A DNA stretch of 60,999 bases, filler included, from 8 parts of 8 records of this genome joined end to end with filler, not necessarily neighbours in it, one strand, 5' to 3'; shown: positions 1-10,605, counted from the whole stretch's first letter. Numbers and translations are program-made. Notes: generated by a model not told the origin, from the sequence alone.

Positions 1-1806
1 GGGGGTCTTGGCAATGGCCGCCGCAGTGAATCCGGCCAGGCATACCGGTGGAGTGACGTTGCTGTCTTGACTCAGCCAGAAGATGATCATATGGGCGGAA
101 AGAAGGGCGAAGGTCAATGTTTCCTTGGGGAAAATGGCCTCCCGGATATTCTCTTCCAGCTCAACGGGAACCGCTGCCATCAGGCTCTTGGCCGCCTCCA
201 GTGTCATGGGCGCGTTTAGGGTCTCCATGGCTTCGGGTTTCACCATCATGAAAAGGGCCTTGGCGGTTTCCGGAACAGTACCGTCGGCAAGCACCTGGAG
301 TAACTGACCATCAACGATGAGATTGTAGAGCGCCGGAGCCGAAAGGGTCCCAAGAACAATGTAAGATGCGGTCACCGGGAGCCCCATGCCCAGAATCAAG
401 GAAGCCAATGCGATGAGGATGAGGGCGATCATCAGGCTGTCTCCGGCCCAGTTGTTGATCATCAAGGAAAAGGTGTTACCGATACCGGCGGTGGCGATGA
501 CGTTCACCACAAGCCCGACACTGCAGAGCAGCACGGCGGTCATCACCATGTTGCGTGCGCCAAGGGCCAATGCTTCGGCAATGGCTTTGGGGCCCATCTT
601 GTTGGGAGTGAACCAGGATGAGACGATGACGGCAACAATGGAGAGGGCAGCTGCGTAGGATGGGGTAAATCCGTAGATCAGCGCACTGATCAGCATGGAG
701 ATGGGCAGCAGAAAGGGGAGTCCGCCGCGTTTCAATACTTCCGTGAATTTGGGGGTCTTCTCATCTTCGATGGCTCGGACACCGCTTCGACCGGCCTCGG
801 CAATGACGAAAAAAGCCACCGTGGCAAAGTAGAGAATGGCCGGAAGTGCAGCAACCGCAATGATGGTGGTGTAGGGAATCTGGGTATAGCTGGCCATGAC
901 AAATGCTCCGGCGCCCATGATGGGCGGCATGATTTGACCGCCGGTGGAGGCTGCCGCTTCAACACCTCCGGCGAATTTGGCCGGAAATCCCGCTTTTTTC
1001 ATCAATGGAATGGTGATGACGCCGGTGGAGGCGGTGTTGGCAATGGCTGATCCTGAAATGGTACCGGTGAGGCCCGAAGCAAACACCGCCACTAGGCCGG
1101 GGCCGCCCACCAGTTTACCGGCTGCAGACCTGGCCAGATCGATGACGAAATCTCCGGCACCGGATCTCAGCAAAAATGCGCCGAACAGGATAAACATGAA
1201 AACAAACGTGGAGGAGATACGGGCAATGTTCCCGAAAAGGCCGTCGTCTCCATAGACGCTTCGAAAGAGGATGGTCTCCGGCGAGAGGCACTTGAATTGA
1301 AACACGCCGTCGATCATACCGCCCCACCATCCCACATAGGTGAGGCTGAGGATAATGAGCACCGGGATGATCCATCCGGTGGTCCGACGGGTCAGCTCGA
1401 TGGCCGTGATGATGAGAATCACCCCGATAATCCATTCCGGCAGGCTCATCCGAACGCCGCGGGCATAGATGGCGTCTTCCATACTCACCATGTAGATGGC
1501 GCTGAATGCCGCAAGTACGCCCAGTAAAATATCCAGCCGGCGCAGTCTAGCTCCCCAGTCGGTCGCGCCGACCTTACTTTTCATCATCGGATAGACCAGC
1601 GGACACATCAGGGCGAATCCGGCGTAGTGGAGCGCGTTTCTCCACAGACTCGGGAGGATGCCGATGGTGTTGAAGTAAACATGCACCAAGGATACGATGA
1701 CGCCAATTACCAGCAGGGCCTTTTGTACTCCGGCAGATTCATTGCTATCGGTTTCTTCGACCATCACGCTTGATTCGGTGGTGTCGAGTGTTTGTTTTTC
1801 TTCCAT
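1..1806 (-). CDS. TRAP transporter fused permease (4TM/12TM, DctQM fusion); 3' end runs off the window
   Basis: ATG at 1806 with GGAGGGG RBS; read by hand MEEKQTLD...; family motifs GGQIMPPIMGAGAF, LILGMGLPVTASYIVL and DSNVTPPVCLAGF; lies downstream of the TAXI gene. Absent from the ORF track because it has no stop in the window. Confidence 0.9.
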   Translation of the reverse strand, partial: MEEKQTLDTTESSVMVEETDSNESAGVQKALLVIGVIVSLVHVYFNTIGILPSLWRNALHYAGFALMCPLVYPMMKSKVGATDWGARLRRLDILLGVLAAFSAIYMVSMEDAIYARGVRMSLPEWIIGVILIITAIELTRRTTGWIIPVLIILSLTYVGWWGGMIDGVFQFKCLSPETILFRSVYGDDGLFGNIARISSTFVFMFILFGAFLLRSGAGDFVIDLARSAAGKLVGGPGLVAVFASGLTGTISGSAIANTASTGVITIPLMKKAGFPAKFAGGVEAAASTGGQIMPPIMGAGAFVMASYTQIPYTTIIAVAALPAILYFATVAFFVIAEAGRSGVRAIEDEKTPKFTEVLKRGGLPFLLPISMLISALIYGFTPSYAAALSIVAVIVSSWFTPNKMGPKAIAEALALGARNMVMTAVLLCSVGLVVNVIATAGIGNTFSLMINNWAGDSLMIALILIALASLILGMGLPVTASYIVLGTLSAPALYNLIVDGQLLQVLADGTVPETAKALFMMVKPEAMETLNAPMTLEAAKSLMAAVPVELEENIREAIFPKETLTFALLSAHMIIFWLSQDSNVTPPVCLAGFTAAAIAKTP

Positions 1807-1865
1807 AATCCCCTCCATTTCAAAAGATCGTTCGGCAGATCATTTGCCGTAACGAAGGATGAAAC

Positions 1866-1923
1866 GTAGAGGCAATCCTATATGATTGCCCTGTATGGGG
1901 GCAGCCACACAGGATTGCCCCTA
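1866..1923. repeat. REP-like (GTAG-type) inverted doublet
   Basis: GTAGAGGCAATCCTATATGATTGCCC followed by inverted GGGGCAGCCACACAGGATTGCCCCTA in the TAXI-permease intergenic region. Confidence 0.6.
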
Positions 1924-2074
1924 AAATTTCAACTAACGCGGAAATCCCGCATCCCATAAGCCTCTCTCCCATTTTTTATTTTTTCTGATTAGGAATTGGA
2001 GAGTAAAGCGTTTAACCGGATGGATGAAGTGTGCACCATACCATCCGGTATGCCAATGTTATTACATGGTTTAA

Positions 2075-3097
2075 TTATTTTGCGATCAAGCGTTCCGGAA
2101 CGGCCAACCCTGCTTCTTTGTAGTACTTCAGTGCACCGGGATGCAGGGGAAGCGGCAGGCCGGCAAGGGCTTTGTCAAGACTCATGGTCTTGGTGGCTTT
2201 ATGGATTGCCTGGAGGAACGGAAGGTTCTCGTAAATGGTTTTGGTGATCAGGTAAACGGCCTCCTCGTCGAGCTCGCCACGTACGGCCAAGAAATTAGGC
2301 TGGGCAATGGTCTCGACAGCCTGGGCCTGGTTGGGATAGGTGCCGGCAGGGATGGAATACCTTGTCCAGAGGTTCAGGCCGCCGTCCGCTTTTTTGAGCT
2401 GATCGTCGGTGAAGTTGAGAATGGTGATTTTATCGCCCATGGCAGCCATGGCGCGGGTTACGGCGCTGGTGGGGACACCGGCCGGAGTACTGATCCCGGC
2501 CAGCTGACCGTTTTGCAGACCATCGGCACTTGGACCGTATCCGAGGTATGCCAGTTTGAAATCTTTGACAGGATCAAAACCGAGGTTGTTCAAAAGAAAA
2601 GTGTTGGAACCCAACGTACCGGAGTTCTTCTTGCCCAATGCCACATGCATCCCTTTCAGCCCGTCGAGGTCGGCGATATTCCCCTGTTTGGCGTGTTTGG
2701 CCAAAATGGTGAATTGCTCGACGTTCTGCCACAGCATGGTGATGGAGCGAAGGTGCTTCTGGGGACCGTCCGAGTTCACCGGGCCGATGCCGTTCCAAGC
2801 CCAATAGCCGTAAAGCCCCTGGAGAATACCGAATTGCGCTTCGTTCTCCCGCAGCAGCTTGACGTTTTCACCGGAACCGGCAGAGTTGATGGCGGACATC
2901 CCGATTTTATGTTTGGGTTGCAGTTTCACTTTGATTAGAGTGGAGAGGGCAACCCCCACCGGGTAAAATGTACCGCCTGTACTGGCTGTGGTGAGAAGAT
3001 AATTTCGATCCTGGGCAAATGCCGGAACATGACCAATCACGGCAATGAGGAAAAATACGACAGATGCAATACCGATCACTTTGTTTTTCAACTTCAT
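2075..3097 (-). CDS. TAXI-family TRAP solute-binding protein
   Basis: Signal peptide MKLKNK...AFAQ; TASTGGTFYPVG, SAGSGENVKLL and PLPLHPGALKYY motifs; AAGGA RBS before ATG 3097. Confidence 0.92.
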   Translation of the reverse strand: MKLKNKVIGIASVVFFLIAVIGHVPAFAQDRNYLLTTASTGGTFYPVGVALSTLIKVKLQPKHKIGMSAINSAGSGENVKLLRENEAQFGILQGLYGYWAWNGIGPVNSDGPQKHLRSITMLWQNVEQFTILAKHAKQGNIADLDGLKGMHVALGKKNSGTLGSNTFLLNNLGFDPVKDFKLAYLGYGPSADGLQNGQLAGISTPAGVPTSAVTRAMAAMGDKITILNFTDDQLKKADGGLNLWTRYSIPAGTYPNQAQAVETIAQPNFLAVRGELDEEAVYLITKTIYENLPFLQAIHKATKTMSLDKALAGLPLPLHPGALKYYKEAGLAVPERLIAK

Positions 3098-3194
3098 GCT
3101 GTTTTCCTTTCGGATAAAGGGTTGAGTTAACGCGGGCACGCCGCAAAATGTTCAAGTTCAAATGTTTATTTCTTTTACCTTCAATCATCTGGAC

Positions 3195-3211
3195 TGCACA
3201 CAGTATGCCAA
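3195..3211 (-). promoter_or_regulatory. sigma54 (-24/-12) promoter of the TAXI-TRAP operon
   Basis: Minus strand TTGGCATACTGTGTGCA = GG-N10-GC; adjacent gene encodes a sigma54 activator. Confidence 0.8.
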
Positions 3212-3226
3212 TGGGGTGTTTTATGT

Positions 3227-3239
3227 TAATATATTGATT
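3227..3239 (-). promoter_or_regulatory. IHF binding site
   Basis: Minus strand AATCAATATATTA fits WATCAANNNNTTR and lies between the sigma54 promoter and the putative UAS. Confidence 0.6.
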
Positions 3240-3271
3240 TTATTGTAAAAAAAATAAAAAGAATGGAGGGG

Positions 3272-3319
3272 CGGCGGATTGTTGCCGAAATCGAGAGAAA
3301 AACATCGGCGGATTGTTGC
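3272..3319. promoter_or_regulatory. Two tandem upstream activator sequences (putative DctD sites)
   Basis: CGGCGGATTGTTGC occurs at 3272 and 3306 (34 nt apart); first copy is an imperfect palindrome CGGC-N8-GCCG. Confidence 0.65.
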
Positions 3320-3400
3320 TCATTTGCGTTTTTGATTCTCTGATTTTAATTTTGCTGGCAAGAGGGTCGAAAGGATCTGATTGCTTCCGGTTCTTTCAGG

Positions 3401-4806
3401 TTAGGGTTTGGGACGGCTCAACCCATGACGGGTCATCTTCTCATTGAGGGTGCGCCTGGGAATGCTCAGCTCTTCCATCACCATCCGGATATTTCCATGG
3501 TGGCGTTTGAGGGCATCTTTGATGAGATGGCGCTCATAGGATCGAACCTGATCGGCAAGGGAGGTGCCTTCCGGGGCTTTGTTAATCGGTCCTTGACCCA
3601 GCAGGGATGAAAGGGATTCATGTTTTGCGATATTGGCGATGACGTATCGTTCTGCCACGCTTTTGAGCTCCCGAACATTACCGGGCCATTGGTGGGCCAT
3701 CAAGGCGGAGAATCCTTTAGGGCCGGGCATCACCGGCTCGCGGTCGTAAAGCTCTGCGGCACGCTCCAAGAAAAGAGAGAAGAGCAGAGGAATATCCTCC
3801 TTTCGCTCCCGAAGCGGCGGGACATTAATCTCCACTGTGTTGAGACGGTAGTAGAGATCTTCTCTCAGGGTTTTCTCTTCGATGGCGGATTGGGGGCTTT
3901 GGTTAATGGCTGAAATGAGACGAAAATCAATGGGCCTGGGCTTGTGCGATCCCAATCTGGTGATGCTGCGCTCTTCAAGGGCACGTAAAAACTTTCCTTG
4001 GATCTCCATGGGCATGCTGATCAGCTCATCCATAAACAGGGTACCGCTTTGGGCCGCTTCCAGTTTTCCGATTCGATTTTGGGTGGCTCCGGTGAAGGCA
4101 CCGGATTTGTACCCGAACATTTCACTTTCAGCCATGGAAGCGGGAATGGCCGCACAGTTGATGGCCAGAAACGGCGCCCCTTTACGTCGGCTCCAGTCGT
4201 GGAGGGAGCGGGCCACCACCTCTTTTCCGGCTCCTGTCTCCCCCTGGATCAGAATATTGGCATCTGTGGGACCGATGGCGATGATCTCCCGCTTGAGGGC
4301 GCGCATGGCCGGGCTCGATCCCACAAGCCTTGCATCCAGCCCTTCGGCAGCACTGAGATGAAGCCGTAGGTTTCGGTTTCCAGTACCAGGCGTCGCTTTT
4401 CCATGGCGCGCTGGGCGCTGTCCAGAATCCGTTCCGGCTCAAAGGGTTTCTCGATGAAATCGTAAGCGCCGTTTCGGATGGCTTCCACAGCCATGGCAAT
4501 ATCGCCGTGGGCCGTGATGAGGATCACCGGGATATCGGGATCAATGGCTGCGACTGCCTGCTGAAGTTCGATGCCGTCCATCTTGGGCATCTTGACATCG
4601 GAGATAATGATGCCGTTGAAGTTTTTGTCGATTTTCTCCAATGCTTTGTAAGCCCGGTCGTAATCTTGAATGTGGAAATCGTAAAGTTCCAGCCATTGGC
4701 CGAGGGATTGGCGCATGGCTTTGTCGTCGTCGATGAGGCAGATTTCCATAGCATCAGCGTGTTGTTGGTTGGTTGGGTTCCCGTTGATTTTATGTTGTAA
4801 TGTCAT
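3401..4806 (-). CDS. dctD: DctD-like sigma54-dependent response regulator (frameshift near 4378, probably a sequencing error)
   Basis: REC domain (ICLIDDD, SDVKMP, FIEKPF) in ORF 4249-4866; AAA+ domain (GETGAGKE, GAFTGA, WPGNVREL) and HTH in ORF 3401-4324; adding one A gives LVLENRNLRLHL joining them. Confidence 0.88.
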
Positions 4807-6616
4807 TGTCTTGATGCCTTTGTAAAGAGATTGTGAAAACAGCGCCTCCGGAATCGGAAACGGCATTGTGTGCCTGAAGATCTCCCTTCATATCATGCAT
4901 GATCTCTTGGGAGATGGAAAGACCGATGCCCAATCCATCCCCTTTTGCTTTTGTCGTAAAAAATGGTTCGAATAGTCGATCAAGAATATCTTCACCAATT
5001 CCCGGCCCGGAGTCGGTAATGGCGATTTTCACAATATTTTTTCGGGATGCCATGGATATTTCAATTCGTTTATCATCCTGATCCTCCATGGCGTCCAAAG
5101 CGTTTCGGATGATATTGACAAGCACCTGCTCTAAACGGAGTGCATCACCAACTATTCGGATGTGCGCCTCGTTTTGCTCTTCTTGTTCCTGGGTGGAATG
5201 TTCAGCCATTGGAAGGATAATGGTACAGTCTGCATCGGAAATGGAATATTTCAATATTTCCACCGCTTTTTCAATGGAAACCAGAGGATCGATGGCCTCC
5301 ATCTTCAAAGGGGATTTTCTGGAAAAGTTCTTCAGCTGCCTGGTGATGGCGGCCATACGATTGTTCAGCTCTTCAGTCCACTCCAATGTTTTCTCTACTT
5401 TTTGAAATTGGCCTCGCCTGATCATCAACTTGCAGCTGGCAATGGACATTCGGGTGGCGGCAATGGGTTGATTCAGCTCATGGACGATGGCTGCTGCCAT
5501 TTGGCCGAGGACGGCAAGTTTTCCCGCTTGGATCAGCTCGTTTTGCGTTTGCCGAAGTTCTGTCTCTGCCCGGCGTCGCTCTTCGATCTCCAAATGAAGT
5601 TTGGTGTTGATTTTTCTTGTTTTCTCTGCATCTCTGGCCTTTCTCTGGGAGATCTCTTTTAGTCGGCGCTCCCGTAAGAGCAGTTGGCTCAGCACCAGAA
5701 GAATGGCGGTTGTCAGGGTGATGACAAGAACCCCATTGACCCGGATGTCGATGCTCCGCCAGGGAGATAAAAAGTGGAGGCGCCACTTCAGTGTGGGAAG
5801 AAACGTGCTGCTCCAGAGAAATTTTTCACCGGAAATACGGATCCACTCCGCACCGCCGGTGAGCCCTTTTTCCATGGGAAGCATGCTCAGTTCTGCTGTG
5901 TGGTACTGCTGTCCGGCACGAATCCGTTTGAGCGTATCCGGCGTCAGTGGGACTGTGGTCATGTATTTCCACGCTTTCTTGCTGGAGAGAAAGATAACGC
6001 CGTTGGAATCGGTGACAAAAACGGTCTCCCCGCCGTCCAGCCAATCCTGCTGAAGTCCGGCAAGGTTGACCTTTACCACCAACACGCCAGTGATGGTGTC
6101 GTTGCTTCGAATGGGGTGGGATAAGAAATAACCGGGTTTGCCTGTGGAGGCGCCGATAGCGTAGAATTCTCCTTCTCCGCCAGCAATTGCATCTTTGAAA
6201 TAGGGGCGGAATCCATAGTGTTCACCGATGTAACTCTCCGATGTGTCCCAGTTGCTGGATGCCACGGTTATGCCTGATCGATCCATTACGAAGATGGCAG
6301 CGGCCCCTGATTTTGCCACGACATGTGTCAGAAATCGACTGACGGGAATGCAGCTTGATTCAACCCTCTCAGCCGTTTGATTCCTCTTGTCCATCATTTC
6401 GATCACAGTGGTATTTTTTGAGAGTAGATAAGGCAGATAACTGTATTTTTCCAGGGCATAGCTGATGGTACGATGATAAAGTTGAAGCCGTTCGGCAGCG
6501 GTCTCTTCGAGTTCAGCGATTTTGGAATTTCGGGTGACAATGGTCGATAGAACCACAAGACTTGCCAAGATGAGAGTCAAAAGAGCAACGGTTTCTGTTT
6601 TTAGATTTTTTGGCAT
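4790..6616 (-). CDS. dctB: DctB-like sensor histidine kinase (Cache domain)
   Basis: Two TM segments, YGFRPYF Cache motif, H-box AIVHELNQP, N/G boxes NALDA, DSGPG, GLGIGL. Confidence 0.9.
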   Translation of the reverse strand: MPKNLKTETVALLTLILASLVVLSTIVTRNSKIAELEETAAERLQLYHRTISYALEKYSYLPYLLSKNTTVIEMMDKRNQTAERVESSCIPVSRFLTHVVAKSGAAAIFVMDRSGITVASSNWDTSESYIGEHYGFRPYFKDAIAGGEGEFYAIGASTGKPGYFLSHPIRSNDTITGVLVVKVNLAGLQQDWLDGGETVFVTDSNGVIFLSSKKAWKYMTTVPLTPDTLKRIRAGQQYHTAELSMLPMEKGLTGGAEWIRISGEKFLWSSTFLPTLKWRLHFLSPWRSIDIRVNGVLVITLTTAILLVLSQLLLRERRLKEISQRKARDAEKTRKINTKLHLEIEERRRAETELRQTQNELIQAGKLAVLGQMAAAIVHELNQPIAATRMSIASCKLMIRRGQFQKVEKTLEWTEELNNRMAAITRQLKNFSRKSPLKMEAIDPLVSIEKAVEILKYSISDADCTIILPMAEHSTQEQEEQNEAHIRIVGDALRLEQVLVNIIRNALDAMEDQDDKRIEISMASRKNIVKIAITDSGPGIGEDILDRLFEPFFTTKAKGDGLGIGLSISQEIMHDMKGDLQAHNAVSDSGGAVFTISLQRHQDNDITT

Positions 6617-7022
6617 TTGGAATCACGGAGTCACGTTATCGGAAGGTGATGGTCGCGTTTGATGGGAATAACAGACTGGGAATTTAGTTTTATGGTTTCA
6701 TATGTTGTTGCTTCATCTTAATCTGTTGCCAATCGCAAGAATTGTAGCCAGGATGTTCCCCTTTAATTTTCATTTTTCAAACATCATAATATATATTACA
6801 ATGTTTGAAGTAAAGTGCGATAATCTCTTTTCATTTAAATGAGCGATTTATCATTGTGTTATTGCTGCTGGAAAAAAAGTTGGAATACTCTTGTTTTTTT
6901 CATTTAAAAAAACAAACGCCTCATATAAAGTCGCCAATTTAAGGCGTGACCGAATTCAACGCACTGTCACTGTTTTCAAAATCAGAGCCCACGGCATTTA
7001 AAAATAAAAAAAGGCCAAGTAA

Positions 7023-8477
7023 ATGAATTACAGCACCATTACAAATGTTTTGGGGAAATTGATGATCGTTACGGGCTGCTCCATGGTGTTTCCATTGATC
7101 TGCTCCCTCTATTATGGAGAGAATGATCTCTTTTCCATCATTATCACGGCAGTTGCAACCATTGCTGTCGGCGCGCCGCTGTGGTGGGTGTTTCGTAAAC
7201 ATGATGATTTGAATCTAAAGGATGGATTCTTCATAGCCGTGTTCGGATGGATCCTGATCTCCGCCGTGTCCGCCATCCCTTATGTGATCCATGGCTGCAT
7301 CCCCTCATTCACCGATGCCTTTTTCGAAATGATCTCCGGGTATACCACAACCGGGGCCACCATCCTGCGGGATATTGAAAGTTTGCCCAGAGGACTCATA
7401 TTCTGGCGAAGTCAGACCCATCTTTTGGGGGGGATGGGGTTTCTCACCCTGACCATCATATTTCTTCCCCACGGTATGGGGGGCGTTCGTATTTTCAGGG
7501 CGGAATCGAGTCCGGGGCAGGTGATCACAAAGGAGAAGTTCATCCCGCGTAACCGGGATACCATGGTATGGCTTTGGGGTATCTATATTGTACTCAACCT
7601 TTTGGAGACGCTGCTGCTCTGCATGGGGGGGATGAGTCTGTTCGATTCGTTGTGCCATTCATTCGGTACGGTCTCCACATCGGGATATTCTCCATGGAAC
7701 GCCAGTGTGGGGCATTACAACAATGCTTACTTTGATTGGGTCATCATTGTTTTCATGTTTCTGGGCGGAATGACGTTCATGCTCTTTTATCATATGACCC
7801 AAGGGCACTGGAACGTGATCCGGAATAATACCGAATTGCGGTGGTACCTGGGGGTGATGCTCTTTTTTTGCGGGAGCGTCACATTGATCCTATGGGCAAA
7901 TCATACATATGACTTCATCGATTCCCTTCGTTATGCCACGTTTCAGATTACCTCCATTTTAACCACCACCGGGTTTACCACGGCGGATTACGAATTGTGG
8001 CCGGAGTCCGCTCAGATGTTCATCTATGCGGTCTGCTTTATCGGTGCTTGTGCCGGATCCACCACCAGCGGGATCAAGGTGGTTCACTACATTTTGATCT
8101 GTAAATTTGGTGCGGCCGTGATCAAGCGCATCTTTTTTCAACCCATGACGGTGGTGAGCGTTCGGTTGAACCAGCGTCCGGTGGATCTTCAGATTGTTCA
8201 TCTGGCGGTATTCTACTTCATTGTCAATATCTTCATGGTGTTGGGGGGCGGCTGCTTCATGACCCTTGTGGATGATATGGATTATCAGACGGCCATGAGC
8301 TCCGTGATCGCGTCATTGATGAATATCGGTCCCGGATTCGAAGGGGTCGGGCCTTCTCAAAATTATGCGTTTATCTCCGATATCGGTAAATGGTTTCTCT
8401 CATGGAACATGCTTGTTGGGCGTCTGGAGATGTTTTCGGCGCTCGTCATTTTCTATCCTTCGTTCTGGAAAAAGTAG
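7023..8477 (+). CDS. trkH: TrkH potassium uptake membrane protein
   Basis: Pore-loop motifs SGYTTTG, TVSTSG, TTTGF, MNIGPG; GSTTSGIKV; GRLE. Confidence 0.93.
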   Translation: MNYSTITNVLGKLMIVTGCSMVFPLICSLYYGENDLFSIIITAVATIAVGAPLWWVFRKHDDLNLKDGFFIAVFGWILISAVSAIPYVIHGCIPSFTDAFFEMISGYTTTGATILRDIESLPRGLIFWRSQTHLLGGMGFLTLTIIFLPHGMGGVRIFRAESSPGQVITKEKFIPRNRDTMVWLWGIYIVLNLLETLLLCMGGMSLFDSLCHSFGTVSTSGYSPWNASVGHYNNAYFDWVIIVFMFLGGMTFMLFYHMTQGHWNVIRNNTELRWYLGVMLFFCGSVTLILWANHTYDFIDSLRYATFQITSILTTTGFTTADYELWPESAQMFIYAVCFIGACAGSTTSGIKVVHYILICKFGAAVIKRIFFQPMTVVSVRLNQRPVDLQIVHLAVFYFIVNIFMVLGGGCFMTLVDDMDYQTAMSSVIASLMNIGPGFEGVGPSQNYAFISDIGKWFLSWNMLVGRLEMFSALVIFYPSFWKK

Positions 8478-8592
8478 CGTTCCCATTTGGATGATATGGT
8501 AAAAACTGGGGAAAGCTGGAACCCTCTCTTGCAATACCTTTTATACTATCGTCATCGATAGATTAAGTACCTGTACACAAGTTGTCTGGTAT

Positions 8593-8692
8593 NNNNNNNN
8601 NNNNNNNNNNNNNNNNNNNNNNNNNNNNNNNNNNNNTTAATTAATTAANNNNNNNNNNNNNNNNNNNNNNNNNNNNNNNNNNNNNNNNNNNN
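8593..8692. other. Artificial contig linker (N44-TTAATTAATTAA-N44)
   Basis: Identical 100-nt linker with stops in all six frames; composition changes across it. Confidence 0.97.
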
Positions 8693-8815
8693 GCCGCTTC
8701 CTGGCATTGATAACAAAACATGTTTTCCATTTCTGATTATAATTTAAGTTTATTTTAATATTTCAATTTTTGCATTATTGTTGTCATTCCGATCAAAATA
8801 ACCGCAATGCAAAGC

Positions 8816-8841
8816 AGATCCTGAAACGAGTTCAGGATGAC
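8816..8841. repeat. Palindromic intergenic repeat unit
   Basis: AGATCCTGAAACGAGTTCAGGATGAC hairpin; resembles GTCATCCTGAAC...TTCAGGATCT dispersed repeats (from memory). Confidence 0.5.
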
Positions 8842-8888
8842 CTCTTTTAATAAAATCTATTTGGATAATTTTTTGGATGAAGTGATTT

Positions 8889-8919
8889 AAAAAGCCGGAA
8901 GTTACGCGTCCGGCTTTTT
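8889..8919. terminator. Bidirectional intrinsic terminator
   Basis: AAAAAGCCGGA-loop-TCCGGCTTTTT immediately after the stop of the ferredoxin gene. Confidence 0.8.
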
Positions 8920-8920
8920 G

Positions 8921-9811
8921 CTAAACCCACTCTTCTGATATAACTTCCCCTCTTATGCCTACAATAATCTCTTTTACCGGAACTTTTCTGCTTGCTCGCT
9001 CAATGGCCATTTGAACCAATTGAGATAAACCTCCGCAGCATGGAACTTCCATAATAACAACTGTTACGGTATTAACTTTTGATTCATCAATAAGACGAAT
9101 GAGTTTTTCAACGTAAACTGACTTGCCTTCATCCAATTTAGGACAAGCGATAACCAGTTTCTTCCCTTTTAAAAATGTTTGATGGAAATTTCCATGCGCA
9201 AAAGCAGCACAATCAGCAGCAACTAAAAGATCTGCTCCTTGAAAATATCCTGCTGCCGGATTAATCAAATGCATTTGTACTGGCCACTGTTGTAATTCAG
9301 ATTGAGCAGGAGATCCAGAAGCCTCAGGAGCCATCATAAATGCAGGTTTATCAAAGCTAACGGGAGCTGAGCCAGGACAACCGCCGGAAGCACAACCACC
9401 AGACTCAGCCTGTGGCTCTGGTTGGCTATTGTGAACTTCACTGGTTATTCGCTGAACGTCAATATCAAGATCATTCGCATTCTCCCTAAGGTAACCAACA
9501 GCTTCTTTCAAAAAACCATATTCACCATGATCTTTCAAATGTTTAAGATGAGCAATAATCAAATTTTCACCTTTAGGTATCATTTGCTTTATAACGGTTA
9601 CTTCGTCGTAATCTTCAGCTTCTCGCTTCTCTATTTCGAGTGCTCCTTCCGGGCAATGTCCAAGACAGGCTCCCAAACCATCACACATCAACTCACTCAC
9701 GAGCCTGGCTTTTCCATCTATTATTTGCAGTGCCCCTTCGTGGCAATTGGGGATGCACAACCCACAACCATTGCACAATTCTTCATCTATTTTTACTATT
9801 TCTCTGATCAT
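8921..9811 (-). CDS. FrdX-like 4Fe-4S ferredoxin-domain protein
   Basis: CNGCGLCIPNC and CDGLGACLGHCP; C-terminal WPVQ, AADC, IACPKLD and MEVPCCGGL motifs; divergent from a Crp/Fnr gene. Confidence 0.82.
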   Translation of the reverse strand: MIREIVKIDEELCNGCGLCIPNCHEGALQIIDGKARLVSELMCDGLGACLGHCPEGALEIEKREAEDYDEVTVIKQMIPKGENLIIAHLKHLKDHGEYGFLKEAVGYLRENANDLDIDVQRITSEVHNSQPEPQAESGGCASGGCPGSAPVSFDKPAFMMAPEASGSPAQSELQQWPVQMHLINPAAGYFQGADLLVAADCAAFAHGNFHQTFLKGKKLVIACPKLDEGKSVYVEKLIRLIDESKVNTVTVVIMEVPCCGGLSQLVQMAIERASRKVPVKEIIVGIRGEVISEEWV

Positions 9812-9860
9812 CTTTTCAAATTTTGATAAAACAAATGTAGCTTGCTTCTGTTAATCCAAT

Positions 9861-9876
9861 TGTATCAATTGTTACA
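9861..9876. promoter_or_regulatory. HcpR-type operator
   Basis: TGTATC-AATT-GTTACA, one mismatch from the palindrome TGTAAC-N4-GTTACA; upstream of a Bacteroidota -7 box TACATTTG (minus strand, 9832-9839). Confidence 0.65.
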
Positions 9877-9892
9877 AACAACTCATTTTTAT

Positions 9893-10567
9893 ATGATCGA
9901 TTACAATCTGATTTCAAATTGTCCTGTTTTTAAAGGACTTCCTCCACAAAAAGTTGAGCAATTAATGGCCGATATCCATTATCAAGTTCGTCATTTCAGC
10001 AAACAAGAGCTGGTCGTTCACGCTGGAGATGAATGTACAAATCTCTTTATTGTTTTAAAGGGAAGTGTAAAAGGAGAAATGGCTGATTATACCGGAAAAA
10101 CGATTAAGATTGAAGACATTGAAGCACCCCGCCCTTTGGCTGCAGCTTTCCTCTTTGGTCAAAACAATCGATTCCCAGTTACTGTAATTGCAAATAATGA
10201 AGTTAGTTTATTGAGTATTGAACGGGCTGAATTTTTAAAATTGCTCCAGCAAGAGCAACGAATTTTGACAAATTATCTGAATTCAATTTCTTCCAGGGCA
10301 CAGTTTCTTTCTCAACGCATCAAGTTCTTATCCTTTAAAACCATTCGTCAAAAGATAGCCCATTATTTACTTGATTTAGCGGGAGATCGCCTGGCAATTG
10401 TTGAACTACCACTTTCCCAATCACAACTTGCTGAATTTTTTGCTGTTACCCGACCATCCTTGGGCAGAGCTTTGGGTGAAATGGATCAGGAAGGCTTAAT
10501 TGATGTTCACCGTCGTTCCATAAAAATTCTCGACAAACCCAAAATGAATGAATTATTAAAAGGGTAA
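9893..10567 (+). CDS. Crp/Fnr-family regulator, HcpR-like
   Basis: cNMP-like N-terminal domain, C-terminal HTH LAEFFAVTRPSLGR; probable start ATG 9893. Confidence 0.88.
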   Translation: MIDYNLISNCPVFKGLPPQKVEQLMADIHYQVRHFSKQELVVHAGDECTNLFIVLKGSVKGEMADYTGKTIKIEDIEAPRPLAAAFLFGQNNRFPVTVIANNEVSLLSIERAEFLKLLQQEQRILTNYLNSISSRAQFLSQRIKFLSFKTIRQKIAHYLLDLAGDRLAIVELPLSQSQLAEFFAVTRPSLGRALGEMDQEGLIDVHRRSIKILDKPKMNELLKG

Positions 10568-10605
10568 TTCATTTCAATTATGTAAATTTGATTATAGATC
10601 ATCTT

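Noticed and set aside
2038-2056. Second sigma54 promoter (minus strand TTGGCATACCGGATGGT) before the permease
   Set aside because: Has GG rather than GC at -12 and no UAS; not supportable.
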